Source: Pseudomonadota bacterium (GTDB lineage Bacteria; Pseudomonadota; Gammaproteobacteria; Ga0077536). Taken from it: DNA of 64,000 bases. Position 1 is the stretch's first letter. The number at the start of each line of letters is the position of its first letter. Position numbers and translations under genes: made by a program. The stretch lies in NCBI GenBank assembly GCA_036339995.1, contig JAYYZW010000092.1, positions 3,116 through 67,115 on the forward strand, written 5' to 3'. The notes beneath the pieces are model-generated. The model was not told where the DNA came from. It ran no database searches and saw only the letters and a list, made by a program, of their open reading frames with translations. Below, in pieces: positions 18,077 to 28,706 of this stretch.

Positions 18077-20341
18077 ATGATGAAGATAACCGCATACGCA
18101 GACCGTATTAGCGCGGCCCCCGGTGAAACGATCAAATTCATGGTCAACTGCGAAGCGCCCGCGTTCAAGGCCGACATCGTCAAGCTCATCTGTGGCGACA
18201 TGAATCCCGATGGCCCGGGCTACAAGGAAAAGGTGGTCAAGACCAGCGCCACCGGTAAGTACAAAGGTCGCAGGCAGATCATCCATGCCGGTTCGTTCGT
18301 CGAAATCGAACCATCCGAGGCTTTTCAGAATCTGGAAAGTTTCACCCTGCAAGCCTTCATCTGGCCGACGACTCCGGAAAAAGGACGCCAGGCCATCATT
18401 GCGCATTGGTCCGATCGCTTGCACACAGGCGCGTGTCTCTCGATCGCAGCGGACAACAGCGGGGTGGAACTCACGATCGGCGCGGGTAAACGCAAGGTGC
18501 AAAGCGTGACGACCGGAAAGCCGCTGCTCGCGCACGAGTGGTATTTCATCGCCGCGAGTTTCGATGCCAAGAGCAGGAACATCACGCTCGTGCAGGAGCC
18601 CCTCCACACCCACGAGCTAACGAACGACGCGGCGCTAAAAAGGCACAAATCGAAGTTTGCCAGGATCCCGGACCACCCCGATCCCGTGACCATCGGCGCC
18701 CAGTTCAAACGCCGCGATAAGGGGCGCACGGTTTGTACCCACCACTTCAACGGCAAGATTGACAGTCCGCGCATCGTGCGGCGGGCGCTCGACCGGACCG
18801 AAATGCAAGCCATCAAGACCCTTCCGATCAACGCGGAACTGATCACCGACGTCGTCGCGGCTTGGGACTTTTCGATCGGCATTACGGGCACCACCGTCAC
18901 GGATATGTCACCAAATCGTCTGCACGGCCGCACCGCTCAACTTCCCGTCCGGGGCATGACCGGATGGAATTGGTCGGGCGAGGAGATGTGCTGGCGCCAC
19001 GCGCCCGAGCACTATGGCGCGATTCACTTTCATGACGACGACATCTACGACGCCGGCTGGAAAGTCGATTTCTCGTTAACCATACCGAACAATCTCAAGA
19101 GCGGGCTCTATGCCGCGCGCCTGAGCTGCGGCAAATCCATCGAGGAAGAAGATTACGTACCGTTCGCGGTACTGCCGCCCCGCGGCAAGGCCACGGCCAA
19201 AATCTGTTTTCTGCTTCCGAGTGCAAGCTACCTCGCGTATGCCAACGAGCAGATGGTCAACGACGCTGCGATCGGGCAATTGCTCGGCGGCCGGCTGGTG
19301 GAGCACAACCAGCAGGACGAATACCGCAGCGTCCATCGCGAATATGGTGGGAGCTGCTACGACACGCACAGCGACGGTTCGGGCGTCTGTTATTCCTCCC
19401 GCCTCCGTCCGATCCTGAACATGCGTCCTAAGTACCGGTCATGGCTAGGTGGGGAATATTCGAGTCTGTGGCAGTTCAACGCCGACACACACACCATCGA
19501 TTGGCTGGAAGCCTTGCGGTACGACTACGACGTGATCACCGATGAGGAGCTTCATCAACAGGGCGTTGCCGCGATCGAGCCCTACAAGGTCGTCTTGACC
19601 GGCTCGCATCCGGAATACCATTCCAAAGAAATGTGGGACGCGATGGACGCCTATCAGCAACGCGGCGGGCGCTTGATGTACCTTGGCGCGAACGGCTGGT
19701 ACTGGCGCATCGCCTATCACGGCGAACTGCCCGGCGTCATGGAAGTACGCCGTGGGGAGGGCGGCATCCGCGCCTGGGAGGCTCGTACGGGCGAGTACTA
19801 CCACTCGTTCACCGGCGAATACGGTGGCTTGTGGCGGCGCAATGGCCGCGCGCCGCAACGAATCGCCGGCACGGGGTTTACCGCGCAGGGCTTCGACCTT
19901 TCGTCCTACTACGCCCAGCAACCAGACGGCCGTAAGCGGGAAGTGAAATGGATCATGGCGGGGATCGGCAAGAACGAACGCATTGGTGATTTCGGTCTGA
20001 TCGGCGGCGGCGCCGCGGGCCTCGAGCTCGATCGCGCCGATCGCCTGCTCGGCACCCCGCCAGGCGCCTACCTGCTCGCGTCGTCCGAAGGTCACACGGA
20101 TATCTATCTCGTCGTCTGCGAGGAATTGTTGATCAACTATCCGGGTCTCGGCGGTCACGAAAGCGAGCTCGTACGCGCCGACATCGTGTTTTATCCGACG
20201 TCGAACGGTGGCGGTGTATTCTCGACCAGCTCGATCGCCTGGCCTGGATCGTTGTCACACAATAACTACCGGAACAATGTCTCGCGCATGACCAAGAACG
20301 TGCTGGACCGTTTCGCCAGCGACAAGGCATTGCTCGACTGA
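18077..20341 (+). CDS. dmfA2: N,N-dimethylformamidase large (beta) subunit family protein
   Basis: YADRISAAPGETIKFMV, LamG-like segment (HFNGKIDSP), AIHFHDDD, SYLAYANE, SCYDTHSDGSGV, GSHPEY, AGLELDRAD. Confidence 0.9.
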   Translation: MMKITAYADRISAAPGETIKFMVNCEAPAFKADIVKLICGDMNPDGPGYKEKVVKTSATGKYKGRRQIIHAGSFVEIEPSEAFQNLESFTLQAFIWPTTPEKGRQAIIAHWSDRLHTGACLSIAADNSGVELTIGAGKRKVQSVTTGKPLLAHEWYFIAASFDAKSRNITLVQEPLHTHELTNDAALKRHKSKFARIPDHPDPVTIGAQFKRRDKGRTVCTHHFNGKIDSPRIVRRALDRTEMQAIKTLPINAELITDVVAAWDFSIGITGTTVTDMSPNRLHGRTAQLPVRGMTGWNWSGEEMCWRHAPEHYGAIHFHDDDIYDAGWKVDFSLTIPNNLKSGLYAARLSCGKSIEEEDYVPFAVLPPRGKATAKICFLLPSASYLAYANEQMVNDAAIGQLLGGRLVEHNQQDEYRSVHREYGGSCYDTHSDGSGVCYSSRLRPILNMRPKYRSWLGGEYSSLWQFNADTHTIDWLEALRYDYDVITDEELHQQGVAAIEPYKVVLTGSHPEYHSKEMWDAMDAYQQRGGRLMYLGANGWYWRIAYHGELPGVMEVRRGEGGIRAWEARTGEYYHSFTGEYGGLWRRNGRAPQRIAGTGFTAQGFDLSSYYAQQPDGRKREVKWIMAGIGKNERIGDFGLIGGGAAGLELDRADRLLGTPPGAYLLASSEGHTDIYLVVCEELLINYPGLGGHESELVRADIVFYPTSNGGGVFSTSSIAWPGSLSHNNYRNNVSRMTKNVLDRFASDKALLD

Positions 20342-20398
20342 ATTAGATGAATCGTCTTCAAGAAACCGAGTCATAAGCGGCTCGAGAACCCGCGCGCG

Positions 20399-20596
20399 AT
20401 GCCTTTCTATCAGCGCTGGGTCGCCGCGACCTTTTCCTACCTCGGCCGCAACGAAGAAGCTCGCGCTGCGTCGGCCAGATACCGCAATACCTACCCGGAT
20501 TTCGACCTTACCGAACATCTGTGCCGCATTCCTTTCACTCAAGATGAAGATCGCGAGCATTACGGCGAAGGGCTGCGCCGGGCCGGGCTCGCCTGA
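20399..20596 (+). pseudogene. 3' remnant of a TPR-containing adenylate cyclase/regulator-type gene
   Basis: AATFSYLGRNEEARA...PFTQDEDREHYGEGLRRAGL is a typical C-terminus of these proteins; no upstream domains. Confidence 0.6.
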
Positions 20597-20627
20597 AACT
20601 GCGGTTCGCCCACTATGCGTCGAGCAA

Positions 20628-22679
20628 TCAGTGGGCCAGGGGATGGGGCCTGAGCTGAACCTTACCGACATAGGATTTCGGGATCTCCGAATGGATGATC
20701 GGGTCGAGCCCGTTGGTGAACCATAATCCGCGCCCTTTCCAGCCGGCGTCCGCGTCGTCGATACGTCCATCGAGTCCACGGGTATAGGTATTGAGCGGAT
20801 AGGGTATGCGGATCACCGTAAACTTCTCCGTGTTCGGACCGAAAACGAGCAAGGAGTCGGAACCAGTGCCGTTGATGACGACGGCGTCCCGGCCCATTCC
20901 GAGCGTGTTGAACTGATCGACCCAGAGGTAATAGTGCATGTCCGTGCCGCCGTCGTTGTCCATCGCGCGCACACCCTTGAACTGGAGTCCGGGGGTTTCC
21001 CATAGCGTCCAGCCTTCGGGGCATTGCGCTCCGGTTCCCCAGGTCTGCCCGCAGCGACTGCGATCGAATCGGGCGAGATGGCCGCTGCCGGCGAGCGCCG
21101 TCCAGACGATACCCTTGCTGTCGAGGTCGACGCCGCGTGGTCCATACCCGGGCGCCGGCGGAGAATAGGCTTCGTGACGATCGGCGTCGTGGTCGAAACG
21201 GTGTATGCGACCCGGCTCGCCCGAGGGACTGCTGATCCCCGGCGGCACCGCGGTCCACACCGCGCCGTCGATGGGACTGGGAATAATGCCGTAGTGAAAT
21301 CCGACCAGCGGCTGATCCGCCGTGCCGTCACCGTTGCTGTCGATCCGGACTTGGGAGAAACCCTGCGCCCGTTCGATCGAGGCCGGATCAGAAGCATCGA
21401 AGATCGTCGTATCGAGCCAGCCGATGACGTAATCGTCACCGCTGACCCACAACATACCGTTGGGATCGAACTGTAGATGATGGGTGCCGAAACAAGTGTC
21501 GACGAGTACAAACTTCCTCGTATTGGTATCGTAGTAACCGAGTTGCCGGTGGTGCAGATTGTCGGTGATGATCGATGAATGTTTGCAGAATTCCGGTAGA
21601 TCTTCCGCCCATTGCCGGCGGATCTGGGTCGTCATCCATACCCGGCCCTGCCCGTCCATCATCGGGTTGTGCGGGTTGGCCGCGTTCTGGTATTGACCGA
21701 GGTGCGCTGATGCGCCGCCAGGCCACGGGCATCCGAGCAAACCGACGCCGAAGGGCACGACTTCGTCGTCATTCAAGGCCTTGTAGGTCTGGTCACACCA
21801 CGGGGTGTCGAATCCGTCCCGCGTCGGGACTGTGATGCGCGATGCGGTATGCGACACCGGGTCCAACATAAGTAGGTGATCGTTGCCGATATCCGCCCCA
21901 TAGATCGGTCCGTTCGAATAGAGCGAGGGATTGCGCTTATCCGTGGCGATTTCGTCGTGCGCATAGGTGTATCGGTCCCCCCAGCCCCACTGGGTGATGA
22001 CGAAGTGACGCTCGATGCCCGCGGGCCGCGGAGGCGCAGGGGGTGTTTCGCCCCGTGCGATCCGATCGCCCCAATCGGCGAGAACGCCGAGCAGGTGCTC
22101 TCGCCCGAGCCGATCGGCAAAGAAATTCATGGCAGCGGCTTTCTTCAGGCCATGGTCGAAAGCGCTGGCATTCGGCAGGCGAGTCGCGGCCGAGCCGAGT
22201 TGATGGCACAGCATGCAGTTGAGCTTGAACTGGCTGCGCCACGCCGCCTGCGATAGATAGGGTGCACTCACTTCGCCGAAACGCTCAGCGTCCGGGATCT
22301 CGAGTAGGGACAGCCAGTAATTGGCCGGAAAAATCGCCGCAACGGCCGCCGGATCCACCGCGACCGCAACCTTTAGATCCAGAGTATCCCCGGGCCGCGC
22401 ATCGTGACGTTCGGAATCCAACAGACCGTAACCGCGCACCCAGACCTTGTAGTGTGCCGCTGGCAGCTCAGGCAGAACGAAACGGCCGTTTTTGTCGGTG
22501 ACGACAATCTTGCGAAATTCGGTCGGCAGATCCGCGGTCTCGGCGATCACCCACACGCCCGCTTCCGCGCGTTCCTGTTCGTTGAGAACCCGGCCTTCGA
22601 TGACTCCCTGTACGGCATCGCCGTCGGTCGCATGAAACATTGCGATGAACAATACCGCCGCCAGGATCATGAAACGCAT
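20628..22679 (-). CDS. exported protein with carboxypeptidase-regulatory-like domain, one c-type heme motif and a probable beta-propeller
   Basis: Signal peptide; EAGVWVIAET...KIVVTDKNGRFVLPELP...WVRGYGL; CMLCH; repeats such as NPMMDGQGRVW, GPRGVDLDSKGIVW. Confidence 0.8.
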   Translation of the reverse strand: MRFMILAAVLFIAMFHATDGDAVQGVIEGRVLNEQERAEAGVWVIAETADLPTEFRKIVVTDKNGRFVLPELPAAHYKVWVRGYGLLDSERHDARPGDTLDLKVAVAVDPAAVAAIFPANYWLSLLEIPDAERFGEVSAPYLSQAAWRSQFKLNCMLCHQLGSAATRLPNASAFDHGLKKAAAMNFFADRLGREHLLGVLADWGDRIARGETPPAPPRPAGIERHFVITQWGWGDRYTYAHDEIATDKRNPSLYSNGPIYGADIGNDHLLMLDPVSHTASRITVPTRDGFDTPWCDQTYKALNDDEVVPFGVGLLGCPWPGGASAHLGQYQNAANPHNPMMDGQGRVWMTTQIRRQWAEDLPEFCKHSSIITDNLHHRQLGYYDTNTRKFVLVDTCFGTHHLQFDPNGMLWVSGDDYVIGWLDTTIFDASDPASIERAQGFSQVRIDSNGDGTADQPLVGFHYGIIPSPIDGAVWTAVPPGISSPSGEPGRIHRFDHDADRHEAYSPPAPGYGPRGVDLDSKGIVWTALAGSGHLARFDRSRCGQTWGTGAQCPEGWTLWETPGLQFKGVRAMDNDGGTDMHYYLWVDQFNTLGMGRDAVVINGTGSDSLLVFGPNTEKFTVIRIPYPLNTYTRGLDGRIDDADAGWKGRGLWFTNGLDPIIHSEIPKSYVGKVQLRPHPLAH

Positions 22680-22865
22680 GCAAAGCACCTTGTATGAAGA
22701 AGTGGGCAGCCTATGTAAGCCTCGACCCATGGATCAAGCGCTCGTCGCCGCCCGGTCATATCGGAGCACTTTTCTCAAAGCGTTGCTACCCTGTCGGAAC
22801 GATCCGCGACTGCGTGGTCAACGGCAATGTGGCCCGTAGTTTGAACCAGCCATTCGGAGCACCTA

Positions 22866-23870
22866 ATGCAAGAAACCTACCGCATTATCGGCGTCGAATC
22901 GTCGCCTTATACCGTCAAAGTACGGGCTGTCATGCGTTTTCGTCGGCTACCCCACGTCTGGTTGAGCCGCATGCCACAATATTTTGAGGAAACTGAGCAC
23001 GTACGTCCGCTATTGATGCCGGTCGTGCAGTTCCCGGATGGTACCTACCGGACCGACACGACACCCATCATCTTGGATCTGGAGCGCCTTCATCCTAACA
23101 GCCGCTCGATCGTGCCGACCGATCTCGCGGCCGCCTTTCTGAGCTTGTTAATTGAGGACATGGCCGACGAATGGCTTTCGAAATGTCTATTTCACAATCG
23201 ATTCAGCAAATCGGAGAATCGAAGTTTCGCACCTGCCTGGGTCATGGACGACGCTTACCCGGGTCTGTCACGCGAGCGCCTGGAAGAACTCACCGCAAAA
23301 TTTCTCGAACGGCAGACGAATCGCATGCCCTTGTTTGGCTGCATCCCGGAGAACGCCGAGCTGTTTGAAACCTTCTACCGCGAGACCCTGGCTGCGCTCG
23401 AATCGATGGCCGCAACGGATCGCTTCCTGTTCGGTACGCGGCCTTCACTGGCGGATTTCGGACTCTACGGCCAACTCACGACCCTTGCGGCCGACCCCAC
23501 CTCGATGGCCGTCATGCGCCGCACCGCTCCGCGCACCGAGCGTTGGGTGCGGCGCCTCGACGATGGCTCGGGAATCGATGGGGATTGGAACGAAACGGGT
23601 GCCTCGGCAGTGGTCGTAGAATTCATCGCGATGGTAGGGCGGTATTACCTGCCATTTCTCGAAGCCAATGCGAACGCCGTCGCGGAGAGGGACGAGAGCT
23701 TCCGCGTGGAACTCGCCGGACAGTCCTACACACAGCCAGCCGGCCGGTATCAATCGAAATGTCTCGATTTTCTGCGCGCACAGTTCGCTCGCTTGGACGC
23801 GAGCGAGCGCGGTCGCATTAACGGCCTGCTCGACGAGACCGGATGCCTGGAGGTGCTCGAAGCCTCGTAG
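22866..23870 (+). CDS. glutathione S-transferase family protein
   Basis: GVESSPYTVKVR, MPVVQFPDG, DTTPII, FLFGTRPSLADFGLYGQL. Confidence 0.85.
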   Translation: MQETYRIIGVESSPYTVKVRAVMRFRRLPHVWLSRMPQYFEETEHVRPLLMPVVQFPDGTYRTDTTPIILDLERLHPNSRSIVPTDLAAAFLSLLIEDMADEWLSKCLFHNRFSKSENRSFAPAWVMDDAYPGLSRERLEELTAKFLERQTNRMPLFGCIPENAELFETFYRETLAALESMAATDRFLFGTRPSLADFGLYGQLTTLAADPTSMAVMRRTAPRTERWVRRLDDGSGIDGDWNETGASAVVVEFIAMVGRYYLPFLEANANAVAERDESFRVELAGQSYTQPAGRYQSKCLDFLRAQFARLDASERGRINGLLDETGCLEVLEAS

Positions 23871-23878
23871 GCGCCGGC

Positions 23879-24694
23879 TCAGGCCCCCTCGGTCACCTCG
23901 CGACGGCCCGCCGGGATCTCGCGACGGACTTCGGTGTTCAATGCACTCCAATCATCGGTGCGGCCCAGTGCATAAGGCAGAAATTCCTCCGCACTGATGT
24001 ATTCGAGCGTCTCGGCGCTCGCGATGAGGTCGGCTTCGATGAAGGCGCCCCGTAGCACTTCAACGATTTCCACATCGGCCAGCGGATCGTGAACCGTCCT
24101 GCCCAGTTGAATGGAGCCCGCGCCCTCTGCGTTGACGCGCACGATGGTTTCGAAACGCGCTACCGTGAGCGCTACGTCCCATTCGAGGCCGATGCCGTTG
24201 GTGGCAGGAATCGCCTTGTAATTGAAATTGACGCCTTCGCCCTCGATCGGGCCGTGGTCAACCTTGAGTTCAACTTCAAGATCGATCAAACGCGTGCCGT
24301 ACCGATCGACTGAGCCATTCAACCGATCCCCGCGCCGGAACAGGCGCGTCGTGGCCTGCTTCTTCGGTTCGCCGAAAAGCTCGCGGCCGTAAATGATGGG
24401 CTGGTCACGGTCCATGTACATCGCGAGTACATAATCGCCGATGATGTCTCCGTGCTTCGCCTCGATATAAAGCGCGCCGCCGTCGAAATCGCCGACGCAG
24501 TTGCTCTGCCAGCGCCCGACCATGGCCGTGACCCGCGGATTACCAGTGGATTCCAGGCCCGGAGGCAGCAGGTGGTCAACGGTTGCTTGATGGGTGAGAA
24601 AATCAACCGTCAGCATTTCAGCATTGACGAAACGCGGCTTGTGCAGTGATTCCTGGATCGTCGCTATTTCTTCTTTCGATCGTACAAAACCCAT
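23879..24694 (-). CDS. acetoacetate decarboxylase family protein
   Basis: HLLPPGLE and GRELFGEPKK (Schiff-base Lys); GGAGGG RBS before MGFVRS. Confidence 0.88.
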   Translation of the reverse strand: MGFVRSKEEIATIQESLHKPRFVNAEMLTVDFLTHQATVDHLLPPGLESTGNPRVTAMVGRWQSNCVGDFDGGALYIEAKHGDIIGDYVLAMYMDRDQPIIYGRELFGEPKKQATTRLFRRGDRLNGSVDRYGTRLIDLEVELKVDHGPIEGEGVNFNYKAIPATNGIGLEWDVALTVARFETIVRVNAEGAGSIQLGRTVHDPLADVEIVEVLRGAFIEADLIASAETLEYISAEEFLPYALGRTDDWSALNTEVRREIPAGRREVTEGA

Positions 24695-24840
24695 GTCTTG
24701 CCCCTCCGTATGTCCATCACTCGGTGCGCACCGCCGCCAGTGCAAAGCGGACGAGGCACTGCACGGACTCCATGGCGCTACCCCAACATAAGTGAGTGAT
24801 ACTCGTGGCGCAAGCTTCCTACGCGCAAGACGTCCTGGCG

Positions 24841-25080
24841 GTCAACTATGTCGGCGGACGGCAGGCAAGTCTCAACCCCGACGAACTCGCCCTCCGCCTC
24901 GACGACTACGTGGGCGCCGATGCCTTCGTCTAATGTGAGTACTCTCGGCATCTCGAATTTCAGATGCGGTTCGAGAACCTCGCCGACGAATTCTTCATCC
25001 AGGGCAACCAGTCGGACGCGCTGCGCCTGACACCGGGGGCGCCTTTCGCCGTGCGCGACGAGATTCAGATCACTTTCTGA
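24841..25080 (+). pseudogene. 3' remnant of a TonB-dependent receptor gene
   Basis: VNYVGGRQASL...LDDYVGADAFV*CEY...QMRFENLADEFF...PGAPFAVRDEIQITF*. Has the terminal Phe and an internal TAA at 24931. Confidence 0.65.
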
Positions 25081-25109
25081 TTTCCGCGTGCCTTCTGCGC
25101 CGCCGACGC

Positions 25110-26798
25110 CTACAACTGCGTCGATCCCAGCAGGTTTCCGCCGAGCGACGGATGACCGTAGCGCTTGTCACCGACGACGTTGATCAATGAGGTTTTACCT
25201 GACGCAAGCGCGCGCTCCAGCGCGGGCACGATCTGCTCCGGCGTCTCCACGTGTTCCGTATATAAACCCATGGGCTCGAACACCTTGTCGTAGCGAATGT
25301 CGGAGATCATATCGAAAGGATCCGTGCGGCCCTTTAAGAGCGGCATGGCTTCGAAACCCGGGCCCCAGGAACTGTTGTTCCACAACAGCGTTACCATCGG
25401 CAGCTCATACTTCGCCGCTGTCTCGAGATCCATGCCCCCGATGCCGAGACCGCCGTCACCCGAAACCACCACGACCTGTTTGCCCGGGCGCGCCAACTGC
25501 ACGCCGATGCCCATGCCGACACCATGTCCGACGGGTGCGAGCGGTCCGGCGTCGACGATCTGACCCATGCTGCGGGCGGTGAACCACTGGCTCGTGTAGC
25601 CACTCAAGGTAAAGCTGTCGACGACTAGGGTCGCGTCGTCGTCGATCACCGAAACGAGATCCTTGGTCAGCCGATCCGGATGTATGGGCATGTCGTCGTG
25701 GGTTTTCCGTGCTCGCTCGGCGATCATCGTTTCGTAATTCTGCCGCACTTCCGCCATCTGCTTCATCCACGGGCTCTCGCTCTTCGAATCAAAGTCGAGC
25801 TTCATCTCCTTGATCTTGTCAATAAACTGGCGCAGCACGAGTTTGGGATCGCCCACGATGCCGATCTCGGCGGGAACATGCCAACCGACCCGATGCGGAT
25901 CGGTGTCAACCTGGATGTAGGTCGCTTTGTCCGTCCAGGTGGGCGGCTGACCGAACTTCTCGCCGCTCCAGAAGCGGAAACCAATGGCCAGCACGAGGTC
26001 GGCCTGTCCAGTGAACGGCTTCTTCCAGGCCCCTCGCACAGCGAGCGCATGCGCTTCGTCCAAGGCGCCCTGCCCCGCGCGGCGGCAATAGACTGGCGTT
26101 TGGGTGAGTTCCGCGAGTTCCTTGAGTTCGGCCGCCGCGTCAGACCAGAAGATGCCGTCGCCGCCCGCGATCATCGGACGCTCCGCCTTGAACAAGAGCT
26201 CGACGGCCCGCTCGATGCTGCGCGGATCGCCCTGTGAACGCAGTGCGTCCGGTTCGTAGACCTTTGCCCCGGGGCGCTGCTTCTCCTGTTCCTCGGAATG
26301 ATAAAGAATGTTGGTCGGGATCTCGAGCAGCGAGACGCCCTGTGGAGGATTTTTCGCTTCACGGAAAGCCTGACGTAGATCGACCTCGATGGTCGACCAG
26401 TCGAGCACCCGCTTCGTGAATTTCGCGAACGAACCCAAGACCTCAGTTCCATAGGCCTCCTGAAATGAACCGATTAAGTCCTCGGTGGTCGGATGCTGGC
26501 CGGAAAGACAGACTACCGAACTGTTCGTCAAGCCCGCACAACACAGGCCGGTGACTGCGTTGGTGAGCCCACAACCCGCGGTGACCGCACAAACGCCAGG
26601 AGTACCGGTCACGCGCGCATAAGCATCCGCGGCATAAGCCGTCGCCTGTTCGTGGCGCATATGGATGAGCTTCACGTCGTTCTCGCGGATATTCGCGAGA
26701 ATCGGAAAGATGTGCCCTCCATTCACGGAAAACAGGTACTTGATGTTTTGTTCTTTTAAAATTCGGCCGATTAGAACGCCGCCGTCGACGGTTGCCAT
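25110..26798 (-). CDS. thiamine-diphosphate-dependent enzyme (acetolactate synthase/2-hydroxyacyl-CoA lyase-like)
   Basis: MRHEQATAYAADAYAR, TAGCGLTNA, GSFQE, SGDGGLG...WNNSSWG. Confidence 0.92.
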   Translation of the reverse strand: MATVDGGVLIGRILKEQNIKYLFSVNGGHIFPILANIRENDVKLIHMRHEQATAYAADAYARVTGTPGVCAVTAGCGLTNAVTGLCCAGLTNSSVVCLSGQHPTTEDLIGSFQEAYGTEVLGSFAKFTKRVLDWSTIEVDLRQAFREAKNPPQGVSLLEIPTNILYHSEEQEKQRPGAKVYEPDALRSQGDPRSIERAVELLFKAERPMIAGGDGIFWSDAAAELKELAELTQTPVYCRRAGQGALDEAHALAVRGAWKKPFTGQADLVLAIGFRFWSGEKFGQPPTWTDKATYIQVDTDPHRVGWHVPAEIGIVGDPKLVLRQFIDKIKEMKLDFDSKSESPWMKQMAEVRQNYETMIAERARKTHDDMPIHPDRLTKDLVSVIDDDATLVVDSFTLSGYTSQWFTARSMGQIVDAGPLAPVGHGVGMGIGVQLARPGKQVVVVSGDGGLGIGGMDLETAAKYELPMVTLLWNNSSWGPGFEAMPLLKGRTDPFDMISDIRYDKVFEPMGLYTEHVETPEQIVPALERALASGKTSLINVVGDKRYGHPSLGGNLLGSTQL

Positions 26799-26855
26799 GT
26801 TTTCACTCCTCTAAAAATTTTCGTTGTTTGCCCCGCATCATCCCATATTCGAGGT

Positions 26856-28649
26856 CTAAAATGCCTCTGCGGCCAGCGACATGATGTTGTCCGCGCCCGC
26901 TTCCACGCGCACCCGGTGGACCGAAGTCTCGGGCAGCATGTGCGAAAAGAAATAACGCGCGGTCGTGAGTTTGTTTTCGTAGAACGTAGTGTCGTCTTTG
27001 TCGCTGGCCAATCCCGCGACGGCCGCCTTGGCCATCCAGCACCACATGTGACCGAACGCGACCAGGCCCATCAGATGCAGGTAGGGCACGGAGCCGGCGC
27101 CGGCGTTATCGGGCTTCGTCATGGCGTTCTTCATGAACCAGGTTGTCGCAGCCTGCAGATCTTCGAGCGCAACCTTGAGTCCGGCCACCATCGGGCCGAG
27201 CACCTCGTCGTCTTTGTGCTCGTTGATGAAATCGCCGACGTGCTTGGTATACGTACGCAGCGCGCGGCCACCGTTTCGCGCAAGCTTCCGGCCGACCAGG
27301 TCGAGCGCCTGAATGCCGTTCGTGCCTTCGTAGATCATCGCGATGCGCGCGTCGCGCACGAACTGCTCCATCCCCCACTCGCGGATATACCCGTGACCGC
27401 CGAAGCATTGTTGGGCGTTGGTTGCGTTTTCATAGCCCTTGTCCGTGAAGTAGCCCTTGATCACGGGTGTCAGGAGGCCGACTACGTCGTCGGCTTCCTG
27501 GCGCGCTTCGGCGGTCTCGGCCTTATGCGCCAAATCGACCAACAGTGCGCCCCACAACGCCAACGCCCGCGCGCCTTCGTTAAACGCCCGGGCATTCATT
27601 AACATGCGCCGCACGTCTGGATGCACGATGATGGGATCGGCCTTGTCGTCGCTGTTCTTGGGTCCCGTCAACGCGCGACCCTGAATGCGATCGCGCGCGT
27701 AGATAGCCGCGTTCTGGGTCGCCACCTCCGAGATGGACAAACCCTGCAGCCCAACGCCCAGGCGGGCCGAGTTCATCATGATGAACATCGCGCGCATGCC
27801 CTTTTCTTTTTCGCCGATGAGATAACCTACCGCGCCGTCATAATTCAGTACGCAGGTCGAATTGCCATGGATCCCCATCTTCTCTTCGATCGAACCACAG
27901 GTAACGGCATTGCGATCACCGACGCTGCCATCTTCGTTGATGAGAAACTTAGGCACTATAAACAGCGAAATACCGCGCATGGTATCCGGCGAGTCGGACA
28001 TCTTCGCGAGCACCAGATGGATGATGTTCTCGCTCAAGTCGTGCTCGCCCGCGGAGATGAATATCTTGGTCCCTGTGATAAGAAAGCTGCCGTCCGCTTG
28101 CGGTTCGGCGCGTGTGCGCAACAGGCCCAGATCGGTGCCGCAATGCGGCTCGGTCAGGTTCATGGTGCCGGACCACCTGCCGGTGGCCATCTTGGGCAGG
28201 TAGGTGCTCTTCTGCTCTGGCGACCCAACGGCTTTGATCGCGCCCATCGCCCCCAAGGTCAGCCCCCCATACATGGCAAAGGCCATGTTCGCCGAAATCA
28301 GGTATTCCTCGAACGCGTTGGCAATCACGTGCGGAAGGCCCTGGCCGCCAAATTCGGGATCGAGCGACAGGCTCTGCCAGCCGCCCTCGCAAAACTGGTC
28401 GTAGGCTTTCTTAAAGCCCGGGGGCGTCGTCACGCTGCCATCCTCATTGCGCGTGCACCCGATCTCGTCGCCATGCTGGTTCAAGGGTTGCAGCACTTCT
28501 TCGACGAACTTCGCGCCCTCGGTGAGAATGGCCGAGACCAGGTCGGGCGTCGCCTCGTCAAACCCGGGCAGCTGAGCGTAATCCGCAAGGCGGATCACCT
28601 CGTTCAAAATAAATTCGGTATCGGCGACGGGGGCTTGGTAGCTGGGCAT
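26856..28649 (-). CDS. acyl-CoA dehydrogenase, ~600-aa DmdC/MmgC-like type
   Basis: GTMNLTEPHCGTDLG, GTKIFISAGEHD, EEKMGIHG, IYEGTNGIQALDL. Confidence 0.92.
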   Translation of the reverse strand: MPSYQAPVADTEFILNEVIRLADYAQLPGFDEATPDLVSAILTEGAKFVEEVLQPLNQHGDEIGCTRNEDGSVTTPPGFKKAYDQFCEGGWQSLSLDPEFGGQGLPHVIANAFEEYLISANMAFAMYGGLTLGAMGAIKAVGSPEQKSTYLPKMATGRWSGTMNLTEPHCGTDLGLLRTRAEPQADGSFLITGTKIFISAGEHDLSENIIHLVLAKMSDSPDTMRGISLFIVPKFLINEDGSVGDRNAVTCGSIEEKMGIHGNSTCVLNYDGAVGYLIGEKEKGMRAMFIMMNSARLGVGLQGLSISEVATQNAAIYARDRIQGRALTGPKNSDDKADPIIVHPDVRRMLMNARAFNEGARALALWGALLVDLAHKAETAEARQEADDVVGLLTPVIKGYFTDKGYENATNAQQCFGGHGYIREWGMEQFVRDARIAMIYEGTNGIQALDLVGRKLARNGGRALRTYTKHVGDFINEHKDDEVLGPMVAGLKVALEDLQAATTWFMKNAMTKPDNAGAGSVPYLHLMGLVAFGHMWCWMAKAAVAGLASDKDDTTFYENKLTTARYFFSHMLPETSVHRVRVEAGADNIMSLAAEAF

Positions 28650-28706
28650 GGTTCAGTTCTCCTCGTCCATATGAACCAGTGAATGTGCTTCTTTTTGACC
28701 ACATTG

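Noticed and set aside
27621-28682. Long antisense ORFs (e.g. 27621-28682, 35219-36196, 56188-57054, 61140-62039)
   Set aside because: They shadow well-supported genes on the opposite strand, as is common in GC-rich DNA, and have no motifs.
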